NCBI GenBank assembly: GCA_964016885.1
Contig: OZ024741.1
Coordinates: 83,390,001-83,454,000, forward strand
Source of the DNA: Eledone cirrhosa
Taxonomy: Eukaryota
Length of the DNA stretch: 64,000 nucleotides
Direction of reading: 5' to 3'
Positions 12,945 through 26,232 of the stretch are shown here, piece after piece. Within the stretch, counting starts at the first letter, position 1. The number at the start of each line of letters is the position of its first letter. The translations under genes and the position numbers were made by a program. A model generated the notes under the pieces. That model saw only the letters and a program-made list of their open reading frames with translations, did no database searches and was not told the origin of the DNA.

Positions 12945-14222
12945 TATGCGTATATCGCGTCCGTCATTTACTACCGCCTGACCGTCGTGCCTTGCCCACG
13001 TCCGTGCCTCGCCAAGTTGGAACGGCTCCTCTTCAAATTCTTGTGGAGAGGACAAGTCCCGTTGGTGAGGCGGTCCATCTGCTGACAACACCCTCTACGT
13101 AGAGGGCTGGGCATGCCGTGGCTAATGATGCGCAGACATGCGCTGAGGCTGCGACATCTCCAGATATTCTGCCTAAACGGTGAACAGGTGTGGTCGCCGT
13201 TTATAAGACGGGCCTTTCCGCACCTCGTTTCTTTGACTGAGCTGCAGTCCTAGGTCAAGAGACCAAGACTGGGTGACTGGCACCTGGCATGTTGCCAGGC
13301 GCTCATTGCCCTCTACCAAGCGGGCAATGCGATCAGTGGAACTTCCACTCTCGTGTTCTATACAGGATTAGTGGTGGGCAAGTGCGATGACGCACCCGGA
13401 GAAACTTTGGGCCTCGACGAAGTCAAACTGACCAGTCTGTTCCGGATGACTTTTGAGCCGGGGACGATGGACAATTTCCAGAAATCCCTTGCTTGGCAGT
13501 GCTACCGGGTGGCACTGCCGGTTCGGGATAAATTCTACAGGCACGGAAGTGCTGTCAGACGGACCTGCTCGAGATGCGCACAGAGCGACGAAAGAGTTCT
13601 GCACGCACTTGTCCAATGTCCGTGCATTACTGACTTGTGGAGTTATGTCTAACTGCTATTGTCACGTGTAGAACGGATCCGACTATCGGCCGAATCCATA
13701 GTGAAGATCGACCCGCCGCCTTCCTTTGGTCAGGAAGAGCAGGCAATTTTCCTCTGTCTGGTGGCAGTTGCGAAAGAGGTTATATGGTGGACCAGATTGA
13801 AAGGACTGAAGACAGACACTTTTCTCTTCGGCCAATACCTCATCAACTTCTTCAAGTTTCACCTGGAAAGGAACGTGAGGGTGGATAGAGAAGTGCTGCT
13901 CCCCAGTACATTTGCTAAAAGGTGGATGAATGTGGCGAGAATGGCCCGTGTGAATGGGCCTACTCTGACCATGCGCCTATAGGCCAACTAATTTGAGGAG
14001 AAGAAGGGTGCTCTCCCGGGGTTCCCTAGAAGCGCACAGGGTGGTTCAGGAGATTTTATTTTGTTATATTTATGCATAGTTTATTTTATATTTTAATATC
14101 ATAATTGTTAAATTAGTTTTGCCATTGTGCATTTTTACTCGAGCTTATTGTAAACCCCACTATTGTGTCTTCGTATTGTATCCTACATATAGGCCCTTGT
14201 GGCCAACAAATGAAATCATTAT
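12945..14222 (+). mobile_element. Tx1-like (L1 clade) LINE, 3' fragment
   Basis: YYRLTVVPCP..KLERLLFKFLWRG..GLGMP; MDNFQKSLAW..ALPVRDK; zf-RVT-type CSRC..DERVLHALVQCP; ORF end at 13982; T-rich 3' UTR. Contains in-frame stops. Confidence 0.85.
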
Positions 14223-14429
14223 ACAAAAATGTTTTATATATATGTTTATATACAGCTTTAACTGATTGTTATATATTTTCTGTTTCGATGAATTAATCAA
14301 GGCTACGTTGTTTTGATTTACTCATACCAAGCAAATCGAACATTCGTTCGATTACGGTCAATCTTTTTCAAAATGTACAAAGCATAAAACTGTGTACTGT
14401 TCAGTTGTAGCAAATGTTTAAATCAAATA

Positions 14430-14492
<63 letters not shown>

Positions 14493-14544
14493 AAGTAGTA
14501 GTAGTAGTAGCAGCAGCAGTAGTAGTAGCTGTAGTCGCAGCAGC

Positions 14545-14594
<50 letters not shown>

Positions 14595-14804
14595 GAGTAG
14601 TAGTAGTAGTAGCTCTAGTAGCAGTAGTAGTAGCAGTAGTAGTAGTAGTTGTAGTAGCAGTAGTAGTACTAGTAGCTGCCGTAGCAGTAGTAGTAGTAGC
14701 AGTAACAGTAGTAGTAGTAGTAGCAGCAGCAGCAGTAGTATTAGTAGTAGTACTAGTAGTAGTAGTAGTAGTATTAGTAGTAGTAGTAGTATCAGTAGTA
14801 GTAC

Positions 14805-14873
<69 letters not shown>

Positions 14874-14898
14874 CAGCAATAGCAATAGTAGTAGCAGC

Positions 14899-14948
<50 letters not shown>

Positions 14949-14988
14949 CAGTAGTAGTAGTAGTAACAGCAACAGCAGTAGCCGCAGC
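14430..14988. repeat. (TAG)n/(CAG)n compound trinucleotide microsatellite
   Basis: Directly visible. It explains the poly-V and poly-L ORFs. Confidence 0.98.
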
Positions 14989-15085
14989 AAGAACGTCATT
15001 ACTTAACTAAACCGAGTGCTTCACATTGCTACAAAAATGTATGCATATATACGTGTTTAGCAGTTTAAAAAAGATAATATTCTCC

Positions 15086-15269
15086 GGTGGATTGGCAGTA
15101 TTGGTTGAGGGTCAGACGCCATGCTTTGCAGCAAAGAGTTACGGCCCTTTATGATCTGAGTTCAAATCCCGCCGAAGTTAACTTTGCCTTTCATCCTTAC
15201 GGGGTCGATAAAATAAAGTACAAGTAATACTCTAGCATAATTGCTGGCTTTGTGCTAAAAGTAGAAACA
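15086..15269 (+). mobile_element. tRNA-derived SINE (family 1), full length with TSD
   Basis: B-box GAGTTCAAATCCC; core GCCTTTCATCCTTACGGGGTCGATAAAATAAAGTAC (resembles the MetaSINE domain as recalled); TSD AATATTCTCC at 15076-15085 and 15270-15279. Confidence 0.88.
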
Positions 15270-16134
15270 AATATTCTCCCTCTACGTTTCTGAATTTTGA
15301 GATGAAATTTTTCAAATTTTAATGTAGCAAAATGTTGTTATATTCCTCACAAGAAAATAAAATATAAAAAATAATACAAGCAAAACAACAAGACTAACTA
15401 ACTAAAAAATATGTTCGTTTGTTTAGGTTACTAGAAACAATGTATTGAAATGTATGATTTCAATAAATATAATATGAATAGTTTCCATATCTGTTAGCCA
15501 TTGTTTGTTGTTGGTATTTTCCTCCCAACATCCTTTGCTGTTGAAATGAACTTCCGATCAAGAAGCTTATTCATAAGGACAAAAATGTCCATTTATTTTG
15601 TTTCATGTTTTAAAAATGTTATTTCAATTTGTATTATATATTTATGTTTTATCAATGAGCGTTAATCCGGATATTAAAATAAATGTAATCCCGAAAATCA
15701 TTATTACTTGAAATTATTGTGATATGTAATGAACCTGATATCTGTGACATGAAGTGTGCATAAAGAATCGGTCGTGAGCTTTCTTTTCATTTACCCGATT
15801 TTGTCAATAATTTTTGTTACTTTACCTTATAATTTGCCGTTTCATTTTTCAGTTTCAATTTCGTCATATCAACGGCTTATTTTACTATTTATTTAGTTGT
15901 TTGGGGGATCGATGCTGCTTCGTTTCGAACAGAATTTCTGTAGAAATTCTGGACAAAAAACATAATGTAAATTCGTGTTTCTTTTTCCAAGACACAAAGT
16001 TTCTCTTTTGCAAATCATTCGACGATAATAAAGAGTAGTAAAATTAATTCACAAAATATTTGTTCTCAAAATTACAATATTTTTCTCCATTATTTTAGTC
16101 GTTGCTAGTGTTAGAATGATTATGAATCTCCTTC

Positions 16135-17410
16135 TTCGTCTTCTTAAAGGACCATAATGCAAAATCCCATGGCTTCTATCCAAGATATTAAAGCCCCTGT
16201 TGACAACCTTCCTGAGTCATGCTAACAGACGGATGAAGTCATCCAACGACTCAACCAACTGGAACGCGGGACCTGCAAATTCAACAGGTATGCCTTCAGC
16301 TTAGACGTGGTATCTCGCCTGTGGACATATTGAATGTATCCTCACATCCTCCATGCCATACGCAAAGTCATCAAGAGAGAGGTCCTCAATATCTGACTGG
16401 CTCACTCGGGACCTTCACTGTCGAGAATCCTATCCGCAAGAACCCCTCAGTGAAGATAACACATGGACTCTAGTCATTTGGCCTATCCGCAAGAGTAATT
16501 GTTGCCTACGTACTTACGTGGTATACAGCTTAGAGTGTGGCATGTCTAACTAATTCTACGTTGGCAGCACTATTCAACCCTTACATCATCGAATTAAAGA
16601 GCACATCGACATTAACTTCGCTTCCTTCTGCAAACAAATCAACAAATGCAGAAACCGGGACAGTAAAATAATGCTCTCTTGGCTACCGAACGCAATACAG
16701 GCACACTGAGAATGAAGGAAGCCCTTTTGATTAAGCAACTAAAGCCCCCCCCCCCTCAATAATAGTATGGAAATGTATGCACTATAATAGCTAATATAAC
16801 TTGTCCAACATAAATATGCCAGCGTGCCAACATCCCCGCTGCCTGGTCTAACGAAAGTTCGATTCCTAGTCAAGTTCGACACAACTAATGTTCGCACCAT
16901 GAAAATTCGTTACTGGCTTTCAGTGGTAATCTAGCAGACAAAAAAAAAAAATATGGTGCAGACCAACTATAAAGACACACCTTTTACTCCCTTAACCTAA
17001 AATATATTTCTCACTGTACATACACATTTACACCCACGCACACATGCACATATATTATGCACATACTCACACATGTTTTCCTTATACACATGCGCAAACT
17101 TTGCCTTTCATCCTTACGGGGTCGATAAAATAAAGTACCAGTAATGCACTGTGTAATTGCTGGCCTTGTGCCTGAAGTAGAAACAATTAACATTTGACGT
17201 TTGTTTCATTCATTCAAATAAAATCGAAAAGCCATCCACAACATTTCTCAGGTCTTTTCTCAGGTACACCTACGTACACCACCTGATAATGGAGGTAAAT
17301 CAGAAAATATTTGGGATCATTTAAATTACTAAGTTAACTTTCTATCGTTCTCACTCTTTATTTTTTTCTCTGTTTATTTTCTCAAATTCTTATCAGGCGT
17401 CCAGAACACC
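16135..17410 (+). mobile_element. Internally deleted PLE (probably Nematis-like), with a SINE fragment at 17096-17190
   Basis: WLLSKILKPLL..YAFSLDVVS (RT motif A), then CCLRTYVVYSLEC..FYVGSTIQPLHHRIKEH..LRMKEA (GIY-YIG). Degenerate HHR CTGATAA..GAAAATATTT at ~17284-17315. Confidence 0.72.
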
Positions 17411-17504
17411 AAACTCATATCTTAGTTGTTATGTATCCCATACTCCACAATGCTTCAAAATTATTGGAAAACGTTGTATATATAGACACACACACACACA
17501 CACA

Positions 17505-17611
<107 letters not shown>

Positions 17612-17618
17612 GTACGTA

Positions 17619-17657
<39 letters not shown>

Positions 17658-17662
17658 AACGC

Positions 17663-17713
<51 letters not shown>

Positions 17714-17744
17714 AACGCATTTATATATATATATATATATATAA

Positions 17745-17900
17745 ATAACATAGAAAAGTGTGGTCAGGAAGCAGGTGGGCCACAGCGCACCAGAGTACTC
17801 GATACTTAGGGTAGTAGAGTGCGTAATAGGAAAAGAGTCAGGACCCCGACGGCTCAGCTCTGGCCGTTTCAACGGCTAGATCCAAAAACACCGACACTAA
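17745..17900 (-). repeat. Isolated PLE 3' terminus (related to family B) at (TA)n
   Basis: Homologous to 24975-25108 and 35125-35260. Contains the 3' half of the HHR (GAAACGGC..GCCGTC-GGGGT). Confidence 0.75.
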
Positions 17901-18039
17901 ATGAATGTTAAATACTAGGAAGATACATATTCTATGTGAGGTATCTGTATCTATTTAACTAGCTATCTCTCACTCTCTCCATCTCTCCCTCTCTCTCTCT
18001 CTCTCTTCTCCCTCTCTCTTTATCTATCTATCTATCTAG

Positions 18040-18099
<60 letters not shown>

Positions 18100-18212
18100 A
18101 TGAAATTAATGAATGGAAACTATATTTATAAAACCATATTTATTCTATTATATATATTTAAAGCGTACCAAAACATTGGTACACCCTCATCAGATAAAAT
18201 ACAAACGTTGCT
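18100..18212 (-). repeat. PLE 3' terminus with decayed hammerhead
   Basis: Minus strand CTGATGA-GGGTGTACCAA-TGTT-TTGGTACGCTT-TAAA-TATATA. A related plus-strand copy is at ~44700-44805. Confidence 0.65.
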
Positions 18213-19191
18213 TTATAAATAGTGACATACCCAGGAATCAGACCTTAACGGTTCAAGTTCCGTCTGGATAGAGAAAGGAAAGAGAGAAAATATCCCTTTG
18301 CTTATATATGTATATATATATATATTTATATATATGCACATATGTATGCATTCATGCATCTTTCCCGCGAATGATGATTTGTAGTGGCATGGCGATGACA
18401 GAATTCCACTCAAAAAAATGAAAGAAGTTAAATTCAGAAGAAATAAAACTCTAGATGATCTGCTAAGGTACCACACTCAAATAATATCGTAGACCAAACA
18501 TCAACGTATAGTTTTTATTGATAAATTCTACATAAGCGTTGAGTGATGCAGTGTGTTTAACTGCTATCATAAGAAAAGCGTAAAGGAAGCTTATTTTCTC
18601 ACCTTTATGTTGGGGATTATACATTATTTTCTATTCTTCTCTGCACAGAGAATATATATGTATGTATTCCGGGTTCAATCGGGGGTAGCCACAGTAAGTA
18701 AGGTACTCAATACACAGTAGAGTATAAACAATATTTAATGTAGAAATGGCTTCAACAGAACTAAAACAGTTTCATTCGATGTAAATAATGATTTTCTTTC
18801 AATGAAAAATGTCTAGTCTCATAGAGGCCATTTATTAAATATTGTATATGGATATGCAATACGCCCATATAATTAATTAAATAATAATTAAGTGTATGTC
18901 CTGTGAGATGAAAGAAACATGCGTTGATTAAAATATGAGATATAAGTAACAGTATTTGGTTTTATTTTCTAGTTTATATATATGTGTATATATATATTGA
19001 AGAGTTGAACAAAATTCAAGGAGTATATCAAAGAATGAGTTTTACAGTAACTTTCCCACGAATGATGATTTGTAGTTGCATGGCTATGACAGAATTCCAC
19101 TCACAAGAATGAAAGAAGTTTAAATTCAAAAGAAACTACCTTTATTAAATCTTAACCATTTAACATCTCAGGGTATGTCATGTATCATTAT

Positions 19192-19243
19192 ATTTTGTCT
19201 GATGAGGACGTACTGTTGTACATCCGAAATATGTATAATAAAA
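19192..19243 (+). ncRNA. Hammerhead motif
   Basis: CTGATGA-GGACGTAC-TGTT-GTACATCC-GAAA-TATG-TA. Confidence 0.65.
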
Positions 19244-19284
19244 TGTAATTGATTAAAAGAACATCTATTTTATTAATATTTATA

Positions 19285-19327
<43 letters not shown>

Positions 19328-19469
19328 AGAGAAGTAGGGTTCTATACAAAACTGGTTATAGAGAGGTGAAATTGGAGATAGCACTGAGATTGTATATAAC
19401 GGTTTGTTTTTCATTTGTCTACCTTCTAACAGTATTTGGTTTTATTTTCTATGTTATATATATATATAT

Positions 19470-19928
19470 ATATATATGAATGTATATATAGTGTATTTTG
19501 CAATACACTGTATGCTTAATTAAAAGCATTTCGAAGACCTTATGCTATTGTTTTAGAGTAGTGACAGGCTCACTTACTTTAACTTCAGCAAACAGGGGGA
19601 CATAAAGCTGACAAGGCCTTGTTTCTGCATTTATTGATACTTATCAAAGCCAACTACTCCTCCGCTCTGTATAATCAGTTCCTGGTTATTTACTAGAATT
19701 CTATAAGAACCAAACATCCATGATATCAGCAAACGGGAGGAGTAGTTAGCTTTGATAAGCATCAATAAATGCAGAAACAATGCCTTGTCAGCTTTATCTC
19801 CCCCTGTTTGCTGAAATTAAAGTGAGTCTGTCACTACTCTAAAACAATAGCATAAGGTCTTCGAAATGCTTTTAATTAAGCATACAGTGTATTGCAAAAT
19901 ACACTATATATACATTCATATATATATA
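19470..19928. repeat. Near-perfect fold-back, ~205-bp arms, ~55-bp spacer, TA-flanked
   Basis: 19470-19674 is the reverse complement of 19735-19928. Arms carry TTGATAA...GAAA-TGCTT-TTAATT-AAGCA-TA. Confidence 0.9.
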
Positions 19929-20179
19929 GGTATTTCAGAGCACCAATTCTAATATATATATATATATATATTAAAATAAGAGATTAAAGTTTAAGCAAAG
20001 AATCTTTGCTTTAACCCCTTCAAATCTTTAACTTTTAGTTAATGTTGAAAGCAGCGATTCTTTGCTTAAACTTTAATCTGTTATTTTAATAAATATTTGC
20101 TCTATGGTTCTTATATATTTGATATATATTTATCCTTATCGAACCCTCTTTGGATTTTAGCCTTCAAATTTATTATTAT

Positions 20180-20247
<68 letters not shown>

Positions 20248-20399
20248 GTATATATATATGAAAAGGGAAGTAAGCTTCTATACAAAACAGTGGTTCTAGA
20301 GAAGTGAAATTGGAGATAGCACTGAGATTCTATATAAGGGTCTGTTTTTCATATTTTTTACCTTTCTTTGATCCGTCAAATGGCATTATTGAAAAGAAT

Positions 20400-20843
20400 G
20401 AGAGGGAGAATTCTTTCAAAATAGAGATTTACAATGTATATAAACTGTATAAAGTATTACCGGTTTCGATGTATTAGTAAAATTCAATTCATCAAATGTT
20501 GAGTATTATAATTAAAATGAATTAATAAGTATTAAAAACTAAAAGTTAAAGATTGAAAATAAGTGTTGAGGTAAGTGTTTTCGTCTTCCTCGTTGAGAGG
20601 GAAACTGTAAAATGAACTCTTGTGTATAGAGAGGTGGTAGTAGCAGCAGCAGTGTTGGTAGTTGTGTTTCTTCAACAGAGAACAAAATCGTTTTTAGGGA
20701 CAAAGGAAATACTCAGTAAATGTGTGTGTAATTCAATTGTGGTAGGGGACTGGTCAAGAGTTCAGATAGGAGTTGCGAAGGGGGGAATAAATAAATAAAA
20801 TCTATTATTAACAATCAATCCAACGCACACATGCACGCACACA

Positions 20844-20891
<48 letters not shown>

Positions 20892-21545
20892 CATACACAC
20901 ACACACCACGAAATAAGAGAGAAAACATTTATCATATATATATTTTCCTTTTTTTAATTTCCCACCACAAAAGGACCTGTGACGAACAGGCTGAAGCACA
21001 CACACACTTCCCCATACACACACATAAACACACACATTTGTGTGTATCTTGTTATACATACACTCTCACATGTACACACTAACACTCCCTAAAACCATAT
21101 CGCAAAAATATAATTTCTTTTACAAATAGAATTTGTCTCTAGCTTACAATTTCCCATCCCCCTCGCCACTCCCATCTGAACTCTTGACCAGTTCACTAAC
21201 ACAATTGAAATACACACATATTTGCAGAATATTTCCTTTGTCCCTAAAAACAATTTTGTTCTACATGAAGAAACACAACTACCAACATTATTGATGCTAC
21301 TACCACCTCTCTCTATATATACAAAAGAGTTCTTTTACAGTCTCCCTCTCAACGAGGAAGATGAAAAAACTTACCTCAACACTTAATTTTGAATCTATAA
21401 TTTTTAGTTTTTAATCCTTATTAATCCTTTTTTATTATAATACTCAACATTTGATAGATGAATTTTATTAATACATCGAAACCGGTAATATTTTATATAC
21501 TTTATATGCATTATAAAACTCATTTTAAAAATAAGTGTCCCTCTG
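20400..21545. repeat. Large imperfect inverted repeat (~390-bp arms) of PLE 3' ends
   Basis: 20400-20790 versus 21150-21545. HHR-like TTGATRR..CATC-GAAACCGGTA in both arms (21450-21488 +). Confidence 0.82.
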
Positions 21546-22854
21546 ATATATATATATATATATATATAGGAACAAGTAAGACCCTGATGGCTGAGCTCAA
21601 GCCATTTCGATGGCTAATTCTGGACTGAATGAAAATTTATTCTGGTATTCAAATAGCCGAGCTTATCAAGGGGTAATTCCATATATGGTCAAAGAGACAA
21701 TCACCAGGATTGGTCACATCACAAGTTAGTAGTAAATCGGATGTGGCAAATTGGTGGGGGAAGGGGTAGCTAAACCTGCCGGTAGGAGAAAAAAGGAGAG
21801 GGGGTGGAGTAGACCCATTCATGCGTTGGTAGTGCCGGCTACAGCTGGGCGTGAGGTCAAATGGATACGGGGGAGGGGGGAGAGGAATTCGAAACGGTAA
21901 GTAGAACAATGAGGGTAAAACTATAAAAGGTACTGAGAGAGAAAAAAAATAAGCAAAGTCTGGTTACTAAGACTTAAGTCTCTCGCTATTGCTAGGCTAA
22001 AGAAATACATATATAAATAAATAAACAAATACGTGAATAAAAGAATAGAATAAATAAATAAATTTAAAAAAGATATATATATAATGAAGAATAAAAAAAT
22101 AAATAAATAATAAAAATAAACTAGGTGGGACGGAAATAAAGGGACCCTAATACGAGGTATAAGTGGGTGTACGTACGGTGACGGGTCAACAAAGGGAGGG
22201 GGGCCAAAATACTAAAGAGTCTGCCACGAAATAATAAAGGTTTCTACTCCAATCACAGGGCCAGCAACCACCCAGTGCAAGAAAGTAAACTAGTACGAGA
22301 AAATAATTTAAGGTCCCGCAAAAAAATACTAGTGCTAACTCTAAGGGTACCGCCACGAAACGAAAAGTCTTATACACGCAACATGAAAGGTCGTACGAAG
22401 TAAAAGTAAAGAACGGAAAATTAATACAGAACCCCCAACCCCCCACCCAAACAAAAGGGAAAAAAAAGAAAGAAATACTGGATAAACGAGAAATTAAAGC
22501 AAAGATGCCACTAAGAAATATTGAAGGCACGGAAAAAAGGGACAGCGGTCGGAGAAGGGGGGCGAGTATCCGAAGTCTAACACCTCTGCTATAAAAAGCG
22601 GGGTCAAGCCAAATCTATCATAGAATAGGGGAAGTGGGTGGGGTGTTGAAGCTACAAGGGACCGAGGGGCTACCTCGGGTGGGCGAGAAAAAGACGACGA
22701 CAAAGAAAAGGAACTGGGGTAGAAGGACTAGGGAGGGATGGGGGGAAGAAGGAAATATAGAGGAAGAGATAAAAGAATGTAAAAGAAGATCTTACGTCGC
22801 CATTGGCAAGCAGAGGTTACCCATTACAAAATAGGCAAGTGGGGTGTTATAGCC

Positions 22855-24465
22855 CTAGTCTACCCCCGCCCGGGTCATTATGGGGTTTGAGGGCGAGGTA
22901 AGTCCTACGTAATCGGTGTTTACATGCAGTAACCAGTTCATCTTTCTTGTTTAGGAGTTGGTCCGTCGAAAACAGCATTTGTAAAGTTTCCTCCGAGCAT
23001 AAATTGCACGGACGGCGTCCTCCCGTGTAAGAGTTGGCTCTGGACAGTAATTTCCAAGTGAGATCATAGTTGATGTTGTTGTCCTTGAGGTCCCATATGT
23101 GGCCCGAAAGTGTTGTGGCGTGACGCCGGGCCGGGTTTCGGAAGGTATGTCTGTGTTGGTATAGCCGGGTCTTGAAGTAACATGCGGTTAATCATATATA
23201 AGCTTTGTTGGAGGTGTCCGTGCTCACGTTGCAGTGGTAGATCACATTACGGTCTCTGCATCTGTTGTCGAGGGGGAAATTGGATCTATCAGGACAATTG
23301 CACCTCCTGGTCGGCTCTCCACTGCTATTTGGGTTGTTTCTTCCATCGGGGTTGAGGTTTTTTGTTGTTGGAGGAGACGATGTTTTGTGCGAAGTTAGGT
23401 GTAGTGCTGTAAGAGAGTTTGATGGTATGTTTGTTAATTACGTTGTGGTAACGGTGTTGTCGTGGGAAGTGTTTTTCAATGAGCCTAAAGAAAATTTTCC
23501 CGATGGGAGTTGTCACTTCGGCGTTGTGGGGAGGATTGAACCATGTTACATTGCGTGAGCGGCGGTGTCGCCTGCTGGTTCCGCTAATGGGAGCTGGACA
23601 GTAGGATATTTCCTCCCAGAAACCACTCCGCTTGAGGGCCTGGTTGTAGTAAGGCGCATGTTCATCGAATATCTTCTCATTAGCTGACAAACGGGATATG
23701 CGGAGGGAGATGTTTTTGACCAGGTTGTTGGTGATGTTCCTAGGATGGTTAGATCGGCGGTGGATGTAGTGCAGGTTGTCATTGGGTTTCCTGTATGGGT
23801 AGTACAGGTCATTATTGATATCAAGGGAAATTAACTCAAATCAGGGACGTTTGTAGGGTTATTTTAAACCCCCAGTCGCGGAAGAAGCTTATTAATTGTT
23901 TACGGACCCGATCTGTACTACTGGGGGTGTACCCTTTAAGGGTAAGTAGCCCATCATCACGGTACAATCCACCACCGAAAGCAGGAAACATATCGGTGAG
24001 TTTGGCTATAAGGAATAATCCTATAAGATCTGAGACCTCCGCCGAATCCGGGGCGCCCATGCTGACGTCGAAGGGTGAGTCGGGAGCTCTTTTTATCCAT
24101 TAGGAGTTGTCAAAGAGTAAGACTGTCTTCCTGGCGTGGAGGGTGATTTTTCTTTCCTGGTCGGTGATGGGCACAAGTGCTTCGGCGAAGTCCAAGGCGG
24201 CAGTAAGTAGCGGTAAGGTGATTGAAGCATAGTAGCTCAATGTCGAACTGGATAAATTTAGTGTCTCATTTATCCTCCATATTGCTGAACCATGAGATAA
24301 CTTCCTGGGTGTTGATCCATAGGCTAAGTCGGGCGTGTTGCTTCACTTTTCGTATCACGCTGTCTAGGATTTTTTTGCTGATTCTCCCTATGTCGGACTT
24401 CGTTGGGTTTATAAGCCTGATAGATGGTTTACGGTCGAAATCGGATTTGTGGTCCTTTATTTCCG
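22855..24465 (-). pseudogene. PLE RT + GIY-YIG, disrupted
   Basis: IKDHK..IRLINPTKSDIG; QFDIE; FDVSMGAPDSAEV; GLYRDDGL; TWFNPP; CNCPDR..PLDNRC; VIY..AYI; CNLCSEE..LLNKKDE..CKH. Confidence 0.9.
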
Positions 24466-24921
24466 TCACACCTAGTTTATTTTTATTATTTATTTATTTT
24501 TTTATACTTCATTATATATATATATTTTTTTTAATTCATGTTTCTATTCTTTTATTCACGTATTTGTTTATTTATTTATTGATGTATTTCTTTAGCCTAG
24601 TAATAGCGAGAGACTTAAGTCTTAGTAACCAGACTTTGCTTTCTTTTTTTCTCTCTCAGTACCTTTTATAGTTTTACCCTTCATTGTTCTACTTACCGTT
24701 TCGAATTCCTCCCCCTCCCCCTCCCCAGTATCCATTTGACCTCACGCCCAGCTGTAGCCGGCACTACCAACGCATGAATGGGTCTACTCCGCCCCCTCTC
24801 CCTTTTTCTCCTACCGGCAGGTTTAGCTCCCCCTTCCCCCACCAATTTGCCATCACCGATTTACTACTAACTTGTGATGTGACCAATCCTGGGGATTGTC
24901 TCTTTGACCATATATGGAATT

Positions 24922-25014
24922 ACCCCTTGATAAGCTCGGCTATTTGAATACCAGAATAAATTTTCATTCAGTCCAGAATTAGCCGTCGAAACGGCTTGAG
25001 CTCAGCCGTCGGGT
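24922..25014 (+). ncRNA. Type I hammerhead, U3-A8 core, extended stems II and III
   Basis: ACCCC-TTGATAA-..CGGCTA...TAGCCG..-GAAA-CGGCT-TGAGCTC-AGCCG-TC-GGGT. Inverted copy at ~21582-21675. Confidence 0.7.
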
Positions 25015-25105
25015 CTTACTTGTTCCTATTACCCAGTCTACTACCCTAAGTATTGAGTACTTTGGTGCGTTATGGCCCACCTCGTTCCTTACCACATTTC
25101 CTGCG

Positions 25106-26227
<1,122 letters not shown>

Positions 26228-26232
<5 letters not shown>

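Noticed and set aside
14414-15010. 198-aa poly-Val and 193-aa poly-Leu ORFs
   Set aside because: Translation of the (TAG)n/(CAG)n microsatellite.
15086-15180. tRNA gene-like A/B boxes (also 55640, 58468)
   Set aside because: SINE heads followed by SINE core and tail, some with TSDs. No complete cloverleaf.
23185-23200. In-frame TGA in the GIY-YIG motif as possible selenocysteine (as in some Naiad PLEs)
   Set aside because: It replaces the Gly of YIG (GGA to TGA) in a copy with frameshifts. The endonuclease is C-terminal, so this is not a Naiad.
21649-24947. Near-identical 86/87-aa ORFs (MFYLPFRIP...) on opposite strands
   Set aside because: They result from the inverted duplication of the family B 3' UTR, have a non-ATG start and overlap the HHR.
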